Positions 20,540 to 30,943 of a stretch of 64,000 bases of DNA are shown in pieces. The notes below the pieces were generated by a model. The model saw only the letters and a program-made list of their open reading frames with translations. It searched no databases and was not told the DNA's origin. Source of the DNA: Acidimicrobiia bacterium (GTDB taxonomy: Bacteria > Actinomycetota > Acidimicrobiia > Acidimicrobiales > JANYDT01); NCBI GenBank assembly GCA_043720395.1, contig JAYSSR010000014.1, forward strand, positions 14,568 through 78,567. The letters run 5' to 3'. Position numbers and translations under genes: made by a program. Positions within the stretch are counted from its first letter, which is position 1. Every line of letters starts with the position of its first letter.

Positions 20540-22225
20540 ATGCCCGACACCCCAGAAGCCAGCAGCAGCAGTATGTCCGGCGGCGAGGCCATCATCCGGT
20601 CCGTCAAGGCGCATGGGGTAGACACCGTGGTCGGCATCCCCGGCGCACAGATCTACCCCCTGTTCGACGCTCTCCAACGACTGGGCATGCGCACCGTGTT
20701 TCCCCGCCACGAGCAGGCCGCCGCCTACATGGCCATGGGCGCATCCAACTCCACCGGCAAACCGTCATGTTTCGCCGTCGTCCCCGGTCCCGGCATCCTC
20801 AACACGACGGCCGCGCTGTGCACCGCGATGGGCACCTGCTCGCCGATTCTCGGTCTCACCGGTCAGGTCCCGAGCACGTTCTACGGCGAGGGCCGTGGCC
20901 ACCTCCACGAGTTGCGCGATCAGCCCGGCACGCTGCGCTCGATCATCAAGGACGCCTACTTCATCGCCGACCCGCACGACACTGCTGCCACCATCGACCG
21001 AGCCTTCGACACCATGTTGAGCGGACGCCCCGGACCCGTGAGCATCGAGATGTGCTGGGACACAATGGCCGCGCCCCACGAGGGTCTCGCGGTCAGCACC
21101 GGACCGAAGGCCGCCACCAAGCCCGCCCTCGACACCGACACGGTCGAAAGAGCGGTCGACGCGCTGCTCAACGCGCAGCGTCCGATGATCATGTGTGGGA
21201 AGGGTGCACAGCATGCGTCGGCCGACGTGCAGCGCCTCGCCGAGCTGTTGCAGGCACCCGTCGCGGCTTTCAGAAGTGGGCGCGGTGTCGTTGCCGAGGA
21301 CCATCCGCTCGGTGTCAGTTCCGTCGCCGCCCGCCTGCTCTACGAAAACGTCGATCTGGTTCTGGGCCTCGGCTCCCGGCTCGAAATGGCGTACATGCGT
21401 TGGGGCACGCCTGGACGTTTCGACCCTCGCACGCCCAATCAGCCCACGCTGATCCGCGTCGAGATCGACCCCGTCGAGATGGACCGGTTCCCGCCCGATC
21501 TCGCGGTCGTGGGCGACGTAGAGGACTTCTGCAAGGCCGCGATTGCGTTGCTCGAACGTCGAGCGAACCCCGACCGCGGTCGCGCCGACGAGATTGCCGC
21601 GGCGAAGGCCGCGGCCGCGCAGATGGTCCGCAAGATCCAGCCGCAGGTCGACTACCTCGACGTGATCCGCGACGTCCTCCCCCGCGACGGATTCTTCGTG
21701 CCGGAGCTGTCGCAGGTCGGCTTCACGTCGTACTTCGCGTTCCCGGTGCTGACGCCTCGGACCTATGTCACCGAGGGCTTCCAGGGGACGTTGGGCTACG
21801 GGTTCCCGACCGCGCTCGGGGTGAAGGTCGCGAACCCGGACAAGGCGGTGGTGTCGGTCACGGGAGACGGCGGATTCATGTTCGGCCTCCAGGAACTCGC
21901 CACAGCCGCTGCCCACGACATCGGCGCCGTCACTATCGTGTTCAACAACCATTCGTATGCGAACGTACGACGGGATCAGACGATGAACTACGGCGGGCGA
22001 CTTGCCGGCGCGGACCTGGCAAACCCCGACTTCATCAAGCTCGCCGACGCGTTTGGCGTCAAGGCGCATCGGGTGGACTCACCGGCGTCGCTGAAGTCCG
22101 TGCTTGCCGCGGCCATCGACGCAGACCGGCCATGTCTGATCGAGGTCGAGATGCCGCTCGGCGGCGAGACGAACCCGTGGGAGTTCATCCAGATGCAGCG
22201 TCCACCAGCGGCCCCGTCGCACTGA
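20540..22225 (+). CDS. Thiamine-diphosphate-dependent enzyme (acetolactate synthase large subunit-like)
   Basis: GIPG, RHEQAAAYMA, GDGGFMF...FNN ThDP motif. Confidence 0.9.
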   Translation: MPDTPEASSSSMSGGEAIIRSVKAHGVDTVVGIPGAQIYPLFDALQRLGMRTVFPRHEQAAAYMAMGASNSTGKPSCFAVVPGPGILNTTAALCTAMGTCSPILGLTGQVPSTFYGEGRGHLHELRDQPGTLRSIIKDAYFIADPHDTAATIDRAFDTMLSGRPGPVSIEMCWDTMAAPHEGLAVSTGPKAATKPALDTDTVERAVDALLNAQRPMIMCGKGAQHASADVQRLAELLQAPVAAFRSGRGVVAEDHPLGVSSVAARLLYENVDLVLGLGSRLEMAYMRWGTPGRFDPRTPNQPTLIRVEIDPVEMDRFPPDLAVVGDVEDFCKAAIALLERRANPDRGRADEIAAAKAAAAQMVRKIQPQVDYLDVIRDVLPRDGFFVPELSQVGFTSYFAFPVLTPRTYVTEGFQGTLGYGFPTALGVKVANPDKAVVSVTGDGGFMFGLQELATAAAHDIGAVTIVFNNHSYANVRRDQTMNYGGRLAGADLANPDFIKLADAFGVKAHRVDSPASLKSVLAAAIDADRPCLIEVEMPLGGETNPWEFIQMQRPPAAPSH

Positions 22226-22239
22226 GCAAGGATGACCGA

Positions 22240-23346
22240 ATGAACCGCATTGACCCACCGTTTCGCGCCGACCACGTCGGCAGTCTCCTGCGTCCGCAAG
22301 CCGTGCACGAGGCCCGGGCGCAAGTCGCGTCGGGCGCAATCACGATGGCAGACCTGCGGGTTGTGGAGGACGCCGCGATCACCGACGCCGTGCGCGTGCT
22401 GGAGTCGACAGGCATGCAGGCCATCACCGACGGCGAGCTGCGCCGGGCTTGGTTCCACCTCGACTTTCTCCAGGAACTCGAGGGTGTCGCAATCACCGGC
22501 AACATCGCGTCGAGTTCCGACTCGGCAGCGACGGTGCAGATGACGCCGCCGAAGCTCTCCGTCGTCGGGCCGCTGCGCCATACACGAGACATCCAGGTCG
22601 ACGACTACCGCTTCGTAGCATCGGTCACCACCGAGACGCCGAAGGTCTGCATCCCCTCTCCCACCATGGTGCATTTCAGAGGTGGGCGGGCCGCTATCGA
22701 CATCGACGCCTACCCCGATCTCGAGCTGTTCTTTGCAGACCTCGCAGCGGCCTACCGCGCGGAGATCGACGCCTTGTATGCGGCCGGCTGTCGCTACATC
22801 CAGCTGGATGACACGAACCTCGCCTACCTCTGCGACCCGGTCATGCGTGCGGGCGCTGTCGAGCGCGGCGACAACCCGGACGCCCTTCCGCACGCATACG
22901 CGGAGCTCATCAATGCGGCGATCAAGGGGCGTCCACAAGACCTCACGGTCGGAATTCACCTCTGCCGTGGGAACTACCGGTCGACCTGGTTCGCCGAGGG
23001 CGGGTACGAGCCGGTCGCGGAGGTGCTGTTCAACGAACTCGATGTCGATGCGTATTTCCTCGAATACGACGATGAACGGTCCGGCGATTTCGCACCGCTG
23101 CGTCATGTTCCCGCGAACAAGACCGTGGTGCTCGGACTCGTGACCAGCAAGCGTCCGGAGCTGGAGTCCTACGACTCGCTGGCCGAACGGGTCCACGAGG
23201 CCGCCGCCCATGTACCGCTCGGGCAGCTCTGCCTGAGCCCCCAGTGCGGCTTCGCGAGCACCGTCGAGGGCAATGCACTCACCGCCGATCAGCAGTGGGC
23301 CAAGCTCGCCCATGTCGTCGACGTTGCCGCCCGCATCTGGGCCTGA
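22240..23346 (+). CDS. Cobalamin-independent methionine synthase II family protein (single-barrel MetE-like)
   Basis: PFRADHVGSLLRP, TDGELRR, HLCRGN, FLEYD, LSPQCGF Zn ligands; start ATG 22240. Confidence 0.92.
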   Translation: MNRIDPPFRADHVGSLLRPQAVHEARAQVASGAITMADLRVVEDAAITDAVRVLESTGMQAITDGELRRAWFHLDFLQELEGVAITGNIASSSDSAATVQMTPPKLSVVGPLRHTRDIQVDDYRFVASVTTETPKVCIPSPTMVHFRGGRAAIDIDAYPDLELFFADLAAAYRAEIDALYAAGCRYIQLDDTNLAYLCDPVMRAGAVERGDNPDALPHAYAELINAAIKGRPQDLTVGIHLCRGNYRSTWFAEGGYEPVAEVLFNELDVDAYFLEYDDERSGDFAPLRHVPANKTVVLGLVTSKRPELESYDSLAERVHEAAAHVPLGQLCLSPQCGFASTVEGNALTADQQWAKLAHVVDVAARIWA

Positions 23347-23404
23347 CTCGTTCGGGCACCGTTCTGGGCGGGCTGCGTCGCGCCTTGACCCGACGAGTGA
23401 CGAC

Positions 23405-23464
23405 ACAGCGCCACGTTGGCCGCACAGAGTAACGCTGTGGCGTCAAAGTGGCGCTGTAGCCGCA
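23405..23464. repeat. Palindromic element, family E copy 1
   Basis: acagcgccac ... gtggcgctgt arms; tggcgctgtagccgca is the exact reverse complement of 39619-39634. Confidence 0.75.
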
Positions 23465-23605
23465 GTCGTCTCCGAATTCGGCCTCGCCGTCGACCACCTC
23501 CGGGCCGATTCCAGCGACGTGCTCGGACTGACGGCCTACGACGTCCGGCGTCAACTCTGCTGGTAGCGATCGACCGGCTGAGGTCGGGGCGGTAACGTCC
23601 ACGCG

Positions 23606-25087
23606 GTGACCGACACCACGATCGTCGACCTCCCCGCGCACAGGCTGTCCGCTGCGATCCACAAGCGCGACGTGTCCTGCCGTGAGGTGATGGAGGCGTA
23701 CCTCGACCGGATCGACGCGGTGAACCCGACCCACAACGCAATCGTCAGCCGTCGAGACCCCGACGACCTGTACCGCGAAGCACACGAGCACGACGACCTA
23801 CTCGCCACCGGCGACAGCAAAGGGTGGATGCACGGCTTCCCCCACGCCGTGAAAGACCTGTCGAACGCGGTGGGCCTGCCGACAACGGCAGGATCGCGGG
23901 TCCTCAAGAACTTCCATCCCAAGCGTGACGGACTCATCGTGGAACGTATGCGCGCAGAGGGTTGCATCTTCATAGGGAAGACCAACGTCCCCGAGTTCGG
24001 CCTCGGATCGCACACGTTCAACGACGTGTTCGGCACCACAACGAACGCATACGACGCCACCAGATCGGCCGGTGGGAGCAGCGGCGGCGCGGCGGTCGGT
24101 CTTGCCACGCACATGCTCCCCGTCGCCGATGGGAGCGACTTCGGCGGCAGCCTGCGCAACCCCGCCGCCTGGAACAACGTGTTCGGCTTCCGACCGAGCC
24201 AAGGACGCGTCCCGATGTGGCCGACCGTCGACGCGTACGTCGCGCAACTGGCAACCGAGGGTCCGATGGGTCGGACGGTGCGCGACGTTGCGTTGTTGCT
24301 CGAAACTATGAGCGGAGGCGACGACCGCTGCCCTCTCGCCCTGCCTGAAATCGAGTTCTACGCCGATCACCTCGGCCAGTTCAACCCAAGAACACGGCGC
24401 ATCGGATGGCTCGGCGACCTCAACGGGTACCTCGCGATGGAACCCGGCATCCTCGACGTCTGCGAACAAGCACTCGAACGACTGGAAGGGCTCGGTTGCA
24501 GCGTCGAACCGACCAGCCTCGGCTACGACCCCGAACGGGTATGGGACGAGGTTTGGATGGTGTGGCGCCGGTGGCTCGTCGCTCCCAACGTCGGCGTGCA
24601 CCTCGCTGCGAACCCGGCGAACCGCGAGTTGATCAAGCCCGAGGCGCTGTGGGAGTACGACACTGCGCAGACCCTCACCGGCCCGGAATGCTTGGCGGCG
24701 AGCCAGGAGCGCACGAGTTTCTTCCGTCACCTCGTTGCAAACCTGTTCGACCGCTTCGACTATCTCGTGCTGCCCGCTGCGCAGGTCTGGCCATTCGACG
24801 CGACCCTGCGTTGGCCCGCCCACATCAACGGCAAAGCTATGGACACATACCATCGGTGGATGGAGGTCGCTGTGTACGCGACCCTCGCGGGACTGCCGAG
24901 CATCAGCGTCCCGGCCGGTTTCTCATCGACCGGGCTCCCCATGGGCATGCAGATCATCGGACCCCCACGGGCCGATCTCGAGGTTCTCCAAATCGCCCAC
25001 GCCTCCGAAGCCGCTGCGAGGGACATCCTCGCCAGAGCTCCCGAGACAATCCGACCCCAAATCCGACCCCAAATCCGACCGCAGTAG
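23606..25087 (+). CDS. Amidase (amidase signature family)
   Basis: AVKD, GKTNVPEFG, GGSSGG, GSDFGGSLRNPA; leaderless TAACGT-N7-GTG. Confidence 0.93.
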   Translation: MTDTTIVDLPAHRLSAAIHKRDVSCREVMEAYLDRIDAVNPTHNAIVSRRDPDDLYREAHEHDDLLATGDSKGWMHGFPHAVKDLSNAVGLPTTAGSRVLKNFHPKRDGLIVERMRAEGCIFIGKTNVPEFGLGSHTFNDVFGTTTNAYDATRSAGGSSGGAAVGLATHMLPVADGSDFGGSLRNPAAWNNVFGFRPSQGRVPMWPTVDAYVAQLATEGPMGRTVRDVALLLETMSGGDDRCPLALPEIEFYADHLGQFNPRTRRIGWLGDLNGYLAMEPGILDVCEQALERLEGLGCSVEPTSLGYDPERVWDEVWMVWRRWLVAPNVGVHLAANPANRELIKPEALWEYDTAQTLTGPECLAASQERTSFFRHLVANLFDRFDYLVLPAAQVWPFDATLRWPAHINGKAMDTYHRWMEVAVYATLAGLPSISVPAGFSSTGLPMGMQIIGPPRADLEVLQIAHASEAAARDILARAPETIRPQIRPQIRPQ

Positions 25088-25117
25088 CGGCAACATCGAA
25101 CTACGGTCGCGGGCGCG

Positions 25118-28100
25118 ATGGAGTGCGCCCACTGCCAAACCGACAACCCGAGCAAGTTCCGGTACTGTGGCGCGTGCGGGCAGCGTCTCGGCGTCACCGT
25201 GTGCGGCGCGTGCGGGTCCGCCACTCCCCTGCCCTTCGCATTCTGCGGTGATTGCGGCACGCCGCTCGATCTTCTCGCCGGGGCCAGCTCGGAGGAGCGC
25301 AAGCTCGCTACCGTCCTCTTCGCCGACGTCGTCGGTTTCACGAGCCTCGCCGACGGGAGCGACCCGGAGGACACGACCCGCGTCATCGACGCGGCATTCC
25401 GCCAGCTCAGCGACATCGTGGTCGCGCACGGCGGAACGATCGACAAGTTCATGGGCGACTCGCTCATGGCCGTGTTCGGCGCACCGGTCGCCCACGATGA
25501 CGACGCCGAACGAGCCGTTGCGGCGGCACTCGCGATTGTCGCGGCGCAGACCGGGCTCGGCTTCTCGATCGGCGTCAACACGGGCGAGGTGATGATCACC
25601 GCACTCGCCGGGGGCTCGACCACGGTCATGGGCGACGCCGTCAACGTGGCCGCCCGCCTCGAGAAGGCGGCGAACGTCGACGAGGTTCTTGTTGGTCCGA
25701 TGACCTATGAGCTGACAACGTCTCGCATCAACTACCGAGAGCGTCCGGCGATGACCCTGAAGGGCAAACGCGAACCCGTGGAGGTTCGTCAGGCCATCGA
25801 CGTGCGCAAGACGCCCGTGCCGGCAAACCTCGCTCCGGCACCGCTCATTGGGCGCGACGAGGAGATCGAGTTCCTCCTCGCGCAGTGGCGGCGTGTCACC
25901 GCCACCCGACGCTCCGCACTGGTTCTTCTCACCGGCGATCCAGGCATCGGCAAGTCGCGTCTGCTCGACGAACTCGGCACGCGGCTCGGCGCCGAGTCAC
26001 TTGTCGTGCGCTCGACCTACCCGCCCTATGGGGGCTACGGCGGCCTGCGGGTCGGCGGCGACCTCGTGGCGCAGCTCGGGCCGAGCACCGACCCCGTCGT
26101 CCAGAAGAAAGTACGCACACTTACGGGTGACTTCGACCCGGACCTTCCGGCCGTCGACGCGCCGACGCTGCGCAAGGAACAGCTCTGGGCGTTGCGTCGA
26201 CTCGCGGAAGACCGCACCGAAAATCAAACCGTCACCGTCCTCATAGAAGACGTTCACATGGCGAGTACGAGCATCGATCTGCTCACCTCGTTCGTGGCAC
26301 GCATCGCCGACCTGCCGATCCTCGTGGTGCTCGCCGGTCGTTCCGAAGGGAAGTGGCTCACGAGTTTCTCGACTGCGAACACGCTGCGCCTCGGCCCGCT
26401 CTCGATGGACGACGCCAAGTCACTCGCCGAGCAGTGGGAACCCGATCGTGTTGTGGAGGACCGACTTCTGCGGTGGACGGGCGGCAACCCGCTGTTCCTT
26501 CGTGAGTTGCTGGCCTTCGCCCGCCTTCACCCGGAGGGGACGATCGAGCGGCGTCATCTGCCCCTGAGCCTTCGCGCCGTACTTGCGGCCAGGCTCGACG
26601 CGCTCTCACTGTCGGAGCGCATGGCACTTCAAGACTTCGCGGTCATCGGCGACACCGCCACCGTGGAGCAACTTGTCGCGCTCGGCGGTCCACCAGCGTC
26701 TGAAGGCGTGACCGGGCTCACCAATGCCGGCATCGTGCGACATCGCCCTGACGGAACCCTGCGAATCACAGAACCGCTCTTGCGCGAGGTCGCCTATTCG
26801 ACGCTCGCCAGAACAGCCCGCGTCGATCGCCATCTGCGCATGGCGGAGCTCTGCAGCGCGCCCGACGACCAGGCCCGCCACCTCGCCCGTGCGCACGCGA
26901 TGGCACCGGAGGACGCTGCCCTGAAGGCGCGTGCTGCCGACGCGCTGGCGAGCGCTGGCGTCGGTGCCCTCGATGTGTCGCGTCGGTCCGAGGGCGTCGC
27001 GATGCTCCGTCAGGCCCTCGACCTCGGCCACCGCAAGTCGGCCTCCCTGTTGCGCCTCGCCGACGCTCTCAACGATGGTGAACGCCACGAGGCAATCGGC
27101 GTACTCGCCCTTATCCCCGAACCGAGCGGCGATGCTCGTGTCGACGCGGAGCGCGTGTTGGTCCGGGCCAACGCGCTTGTCGACAGTGACGTCGACACTG
27201 CACTTCGGTCCTTCGACGAGGCAGCCTCGCGGTGGCACGCAATTGGCGATCACACCAAGGAGGGGTGGTCGCACTCCAACAAAGGTGTCGCGCTCTTCAT
27301 GCACGGCCGCATGGTCGACGCCGACGACGAGTTGGTCCGCGCCCTCGACCTGTTCCGCGCCAACGGACACCGCCTTGGCGAACTTGCCACGCTGAGCTTT
27401 CGTGCTCTCGTCCGACCCGATCATGCCGAGGTCGAAACGTGGCTCCACGACAGCCTTGCCTTCTCGATCGAACTTGGCGATCGCAGCCGCCACCTTTCCG
27501 TTCTGGGCTCGTTGATGTGGCATCACACGCTTCGGACGCGACTCGGTGGTGAACATGACACCGCGATCGCGCGTGCCTGGATCGACGAAACGTCTCAGCT
27601 CGCAGATGAGCTCGGGTGGCACGACTTCCTCATACAGAGTCTGTGCCTTCGGGCCAATCTCTGCCGAGGAGCGGGCGACTTCGTGGAGGCCATGGCCTCG
27701 ATCGCCCGTGCGCGGGAGATCGAACACATCGACTCCGTCGGCGAGCGGGCGCTGCTCGATGCCGTTGCTGCATCGCTCGTGGCAGGCACGGCATTCCGGC
27801 ACTTCGATGACACCGACCCATTCACCTCACTCGCGTCGGTCATCCAGATGGAAACTGCGGTGTTCGAGGGTCGATTTGGGGAAATCGCCGATGCAGGCTT
27901 CGTGCCGACGCGCGCCAACCTCGGACGCCACCAGGCCGCGGTGGGGTTCGTCCCTGCTGCCGCAGGATTCGCCCAGACCGGACGCCTCGACGCCGCTCTG
28001 ACGATCGCGAATGACGTGCTCGGCAACGTCGCCGTCCATCATCGAAGTGACCCGATCGCAGCCGTAGCTGCCCGGGCGATCCTCGCTGAGTGCGGCATTC

Positions 28101-28321
28101 GCCTCGGTACAACGTCGCCAGAGCACGCGCTGTCAACCCTCCCGACAGAGGACGTGCCAGGCGGATTGACCGGCGCACTGATCCTGCGCGCGCTTGCGGC
28201 TGCTGGCCGCGAGGGCGCGCTCGATGAACTGCGGGCCGTTGCTCTGGTGTTGCGCGCACCGGGCCTGCTCCTCGGCGTCGACGATGACGCGTCGGTCGCG
28301 TCGGTCGCACCTTCGAGCTAA
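25118..28321 (+). CDS. Double zinc ribbon + class III adenylate cyclase + STAND-type ATPase + TPR-like protein
   Basis: Four CxxC pairs; LFADVVGFT, DKFMGD, GDAVNVAARL; GDPGIGKS, LIEDVH, GGNPLFL; helical C-terminus. Confidence 0.9.
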   Translation: MECAHCQTDNPSKFRYCGACGQRLGVTVCGACGSATPLPFAFCGDCGTPLDLLAGASSEERKLATVLFADVVGFTSLADGSDPEDTTRVIDAAFRQLSDIVVAHGGTIDKFMGDSLMAVFGAPVAHDDDAERAVAAALAIVAAQTGLGFSIGVNTGEVMITALAGGSTTVMGDAVNVAARLEKAANVDEVLVGPMTYELTTSRINYRERPAMTLKGKREPVEVRQAIDVRKTPVPANLAPAPLIGRDEEIEFLLAQWRRVTATRRSALVLLTGDPGIGKSRLLDELGTRLGAESLVVRSTYPPYGGYGGLRVGGDLVAQLGPSTDPVVQKKVRTLTGDFDPDLPAVDAPTLRKEQLWALRRLAEDRTENQTVTVLIEDVHMASTSIDLLTSFVARIADLPILVVLAGRSEGKWLTSFSTANTLRLGPLSMDDAKSLAEQWEPDRVVEDRLLRWTGGNPLFLRELLAFARLHPEGTIERRHLPLSLRAVLAARLDALSLSERMALQDFAVIGDTATVEQLVALGGPPASEGVTGLTNAGIVRHRPDGTLRITEPLLREVAYSTLARTARVDRHLRMAELCSAPDDQARHLARAHAMAPEDAALKARAADALASAGVGALDVSRRSEGVAMLRQALDLGHRKSASLLRLADALNDGERHEAIGVLALIPEPSGDARVDAERVLVRANALVDSDVDTALRSFDEAASRWHAIGDHTKEGWSHSNKGVALFMHGRMVDADDELVRALDLFRANGHRLGELATLSFRALVRPDHAEVETWLHDSLAFSIELGDRSRHLSVLGSLMWHHTLRTRLGGEHDTAIARAWIDETSQLADELGWHDFLIQSLCLRANLCRGAGDFVEAMASIARAREIEHIDSVGERALLDAVAASLVAGTAFRHFDDTDPFTSLASVIQMETAVFEGRFGEIADAGFVPTRANLGRHQAAVGFVPAAAGFAQTGRLDAALTIANDVLGNVAVHHRSDPIAAVAARAILAECGIRLGTTSPEHALSTLPTEDVPGGLTGALILRALAAAGREGALDELRAVALVLRAPGLLLGVDDDASVASVAPSS

Positions 28322-28432
28322 CGCGTCGCCGAGGCGTCGTTACGCGAATTTCGCAGCCGCCCGGCTACGATCCATGCGGCCGCGCCAACGGTGCCACTCA
28401 GACAGATGTCCCCCCTCGGAGGTAACAAGATC

Positions 28433-28738
28433 GTGCAAGTCAAAGCTGGAATGCGTCTTCGTAGTGTGGTGTGCACGACGGAAGTGATCGTCGTGAAGGC
28501 TCCCGCCGCCGATGTCGATCTCCGCTGTGGCGGCCAGGCACTTATCGCGATGGGCGCGACGGTACCCGGTGGAGCGGCGGACCCGGCGTTCTCGGAGGGA
28601 ACCAAGATGGGCAAGCGCTACAGCGATGCTGAAGGCACGCTGGAACTGCTGTGTACGAAGCCCGGCAACGGATCGCTCTCGCTGGGCACGGAGACCATCG
28701 CCGTCAAGGACGCGAAGGCCCTTCCGTCTTCGGACTGA
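28433..28738 (+). CDS. Small hypothetical protein with internal duplication and three Cys
   Basis: GGAGG RBS before GTG 28433; halves G.RL.S..C.TEV.VVK...LRCGG and GKRY.D..G.LELLCTK.G.GSL. Confidence 0.75.
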   Translation: MQVKAGMRLRSVVCTTEVIVVKAPAADVDLRCGGQALIAMGATVPGGAADPAFSEGTKMGKRYSDAEGTLELLCTKPGNGSLSLGTETIAVKDAKALPSSD

Positions 28739-28779
28739 GGTCTGACCGGTCCAGACCCCAGCCCCCAGCCCAGGGCGCT

Positions 28780-28854
28780 TCGCGGTACATCCGGCCCGTC
28801 CACGGTGCATTCGGGCGCGCTCAACGCACCGCGAATGCGCCGGATGTACCGCGA
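28780..28854. repeat. Nested palindromic REP-like element, family A
   Basis: Perfect 15-bp arms tcgcggtacatccgg / ccggatgtaccgcga with inner cggtgcattcgg subrepeat. Confidence 0.88.
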
Positions 28855-28958
28855 CGTGGCATGGCGGCCACGAAACGCCCGAACTGCCGTGCGGGGGTTG
28901 GCGTGCAGTCTTGCTGTACACGGGATTGGCGAGCGGGCCGACCAGTAGTGTCACGTCC

Positions 28959-30146
28959 ATGGGTGCCCTCGACGGAATACGGGTCATTGATCTCGGCGTG
29001 CTCGTGCAGGCCCCGCAAGCCGCGCTGCTGCTGGGCGACCTCGGGGCGAGCATCATCAAGGTCGAGCTGCCCTTCATCGGCGACCAGTCCCGCTGGATAC
29101 CCGCCACCTACGGCATCGCGCCGAGCGGGTACTGGGTCGGCTGCAACCGTGGGAAGCGCAGCGTCACCATCGATCTGCGGACGCCACTCGGACGTGACAC
29201 GTTCCTGCGGCTCGCCGACACAGCCGATGTCGTCGTGTCCAACTTCAAACCGGGGACCCTCGACGATTGGGGTCTCGGCTACCAGGTTCTCGCCGAGCGC
29301 AATCCGGGGGTCATCTATGCGACCGGCTCGACCTACGGCCCCGTCGGCGCGCATTCGACGCTCGAAGGTGCCGACCTCGCCGGGCAGTCGGCGGGCGGAC
29401 TCGTCGCAACAACAGGCAGCGATGGTGGGCCTGTCACGCCAATCGGCGCAACGATTGCCGACCACATGTCCTCGCAGCACCTGGCGGCGGGCATTCTCGC
29501 GGCGCTCTTCGCACGGGTCACCACCGGACGCGGACAGCGCGTCGACGTGTCTCTCGTGGGCGGAGCGATCTGGGGTCAGGCGGCGGAGATGACGGCGTAC
29601 CTCCTGAGCGGCAAGAACCCCGGCAGGGCCAACGGCGGCCACGGCCTGATCAACGGGACGTATGGAATCTTGCAGACCGCCGACGGGTGGGTGGCGATCG
29701 TCGGCGTCGTTGCGGCCGCCCGACCGGCCTTTGCAAGGCTGATCGGCCGCGAGGATTTCTTCAGCGATCCGCGCTTCGCATCGCCCCTGCTGAACGAGGA
29801 GCAGAAGATTGCGCTGCTTCATGAACTCGGACCCGCATTCCTGACCAGGACGACCGACGAGTGGGTCACGGCCATGCGCGCGGTCGGCGTGCGGTGCGCG
29901 CCCGTGCGCGACTACGCAGCGATCGCCGCCGACCCGACGATGTACGAGAACGGCTATCTCGTGAAGATGCAGCACCCGGAGCACGGCGAGGTCACCGTCG
30001 TCGGATCGCCGCTGCGCATGAGCGACACGCCGACCGTGCCGTCGGTCTACGCACCGGAGCTTGGTGAGCACACGGAGGAGGTCTTGCTGGAGATCGGCCT
30101 CGACTGGGACGAGATCACCGCTCTGCGCACCGCCGGCGCAATCTGA
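28959..30146 (+). CDS. CaiB/BaiF family (class III) CoA transferase
   Basis: LDGIRVIDL, LGDLGASIIKVE, NRGKRS, APELGEHT; leaderless TAGTGT-N7-ATG. Confidence 0.92.
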   Translation: MGALDGIRVIDLGVLVQAPQAALLLGDLGASIIKVELPFIGDQSRWIPATYGIAPSGYWVGCNRGKRSVTIDLRTPLGRDTFLRLADTADVVVSNFKPGTLDDWGLGYQVLAERNPGVIYATGSTYGPVGAHSTLEGADLAGQSAGGLVATTGSDGGPVTPIGATIADHMSSQHLAAGILAALFARVTTGRGQRVDVSLVGGAIWGQAAEMTAYLLSGKNPGRANGGHGLINGTYGILQTADGWVAIVGVVAAARPAFARLIGREDFFSDPRFASPLLNEEQKIALLHELGPAFLTRTTDEWVTAMRAVGVRCAPVRDYAAIAADPTMYENGYLVKMQHPEHGEVTVVGSPLRMSDTPTVPSVYAPELGEHTEEVLLEIGLDWDEITALRTAGAI

Positions 30147-30163
30147 CGCGTTAAGGCAACCGC

Positions 30164-30943
30164 GTGCGCCTTGTTACCTGGAACCTCGACGGGCTGAACG
30201 ACCACGCGCTCGACGAGCGTACCGAGGCGGCCGTGTTCACCACGATCCTCGGAGCGCGTCTCGACCAGCTCCACCGCGGAACCGCTGCCCTGGCACCTCC
30301 TGATGTGATCGTGCTCCAAGAGGTCATCGCCCGGACGCTGATGGCCCACCTCGTGCCGCATCTCTCGGCGGGGGGCTACACCTTGCTGCCTACCGAGGCG
30401 CCGAAGCGTCAGACGTTTGAGGTGATTGCATTCCGGGAACCCTATAATCTGCGCGCATACGACTCATTGCCACTGTGCGAATCCGTGTACGGACGGATCC
30501 TGCACGTCGCAGAGCTCGACTCGCCCGACGGCATTGTCCGGGTGCTCACCGCGCACTTCGACAACGGAACCCAAGCCGGTGCGGTGCGTATCGGACAGCT
30601 TCAGCAGGTATCCGAGCACCTCGGCGTGTCGGGCGTATTCGCCGGGGACGCCAACCTGCGCAAGGCCGAGTGGCTGTCTGTGCGTGACAGCGTGCCGATG
30701 AGCGACGCGTGGGAGGCGCTCGGCGAACCCGCTGCGACGCGGGTGACGTGGCGACGCGACGACTACACGGCGCGCTTCGACCGGGTGTTCGTCGGGCCCG
30801 GGCTCACGCCACGATCGATGCGGGCACTCGGCACCGAGCGCCTGCCGCTGCTCGACGTGCCGATCTCTGACCACGTTGGACTCGCCGTCGACCTGGCCGT
30901 CGATCTCGCTGTCGACCTCGCCGTCGTCGAGACCGACCAGTGA
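30164..30943 (+). CDS. Endonuclease/exonuclease/phosphatase family protein (TDP2-like)
   Basis: TWNLDGL, LQEV, TAH, GDAN, RFDR, SDH. Confidence 0.85.
   Translation: MRLVTWNLDGLNDHALDERTEAAVFTTILGARLDQLHRGTAALAPPDVIVLQEVIARTLMAHLVPHLSAGGYTLLPTEAPKRQTFEVIAFREPYNLRAYDSLPLCESVYGRILHVAELDSPDGIVRVLTAHFDNGTQAGAVRIGQLQQVSEHLGVSGVFAGDANLRKAEWLSVRDSVPMSDAWEALGEPAATRVTWRRDDYTARFDRVFVGPGLTPRSMRALGTERLPLLDVPISDHVGLAVDLAVDLAVDLAVVETDQ

Noticed and set aside
20149-22239. 1065-aa ORF suggesting a large N-terminal fusion to MetE
   Set aside because: The upstream part is an off-frame shadow of the ThDP enzyme gene; MetE-like sequence starts at ATG 22240
23465-23566. Short protein-like frame VSEFGLAVDHLRADSSDVLGLTAYDVRRQLCW
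   Set aside because: No start signal or recognisable motif; cannot be supported
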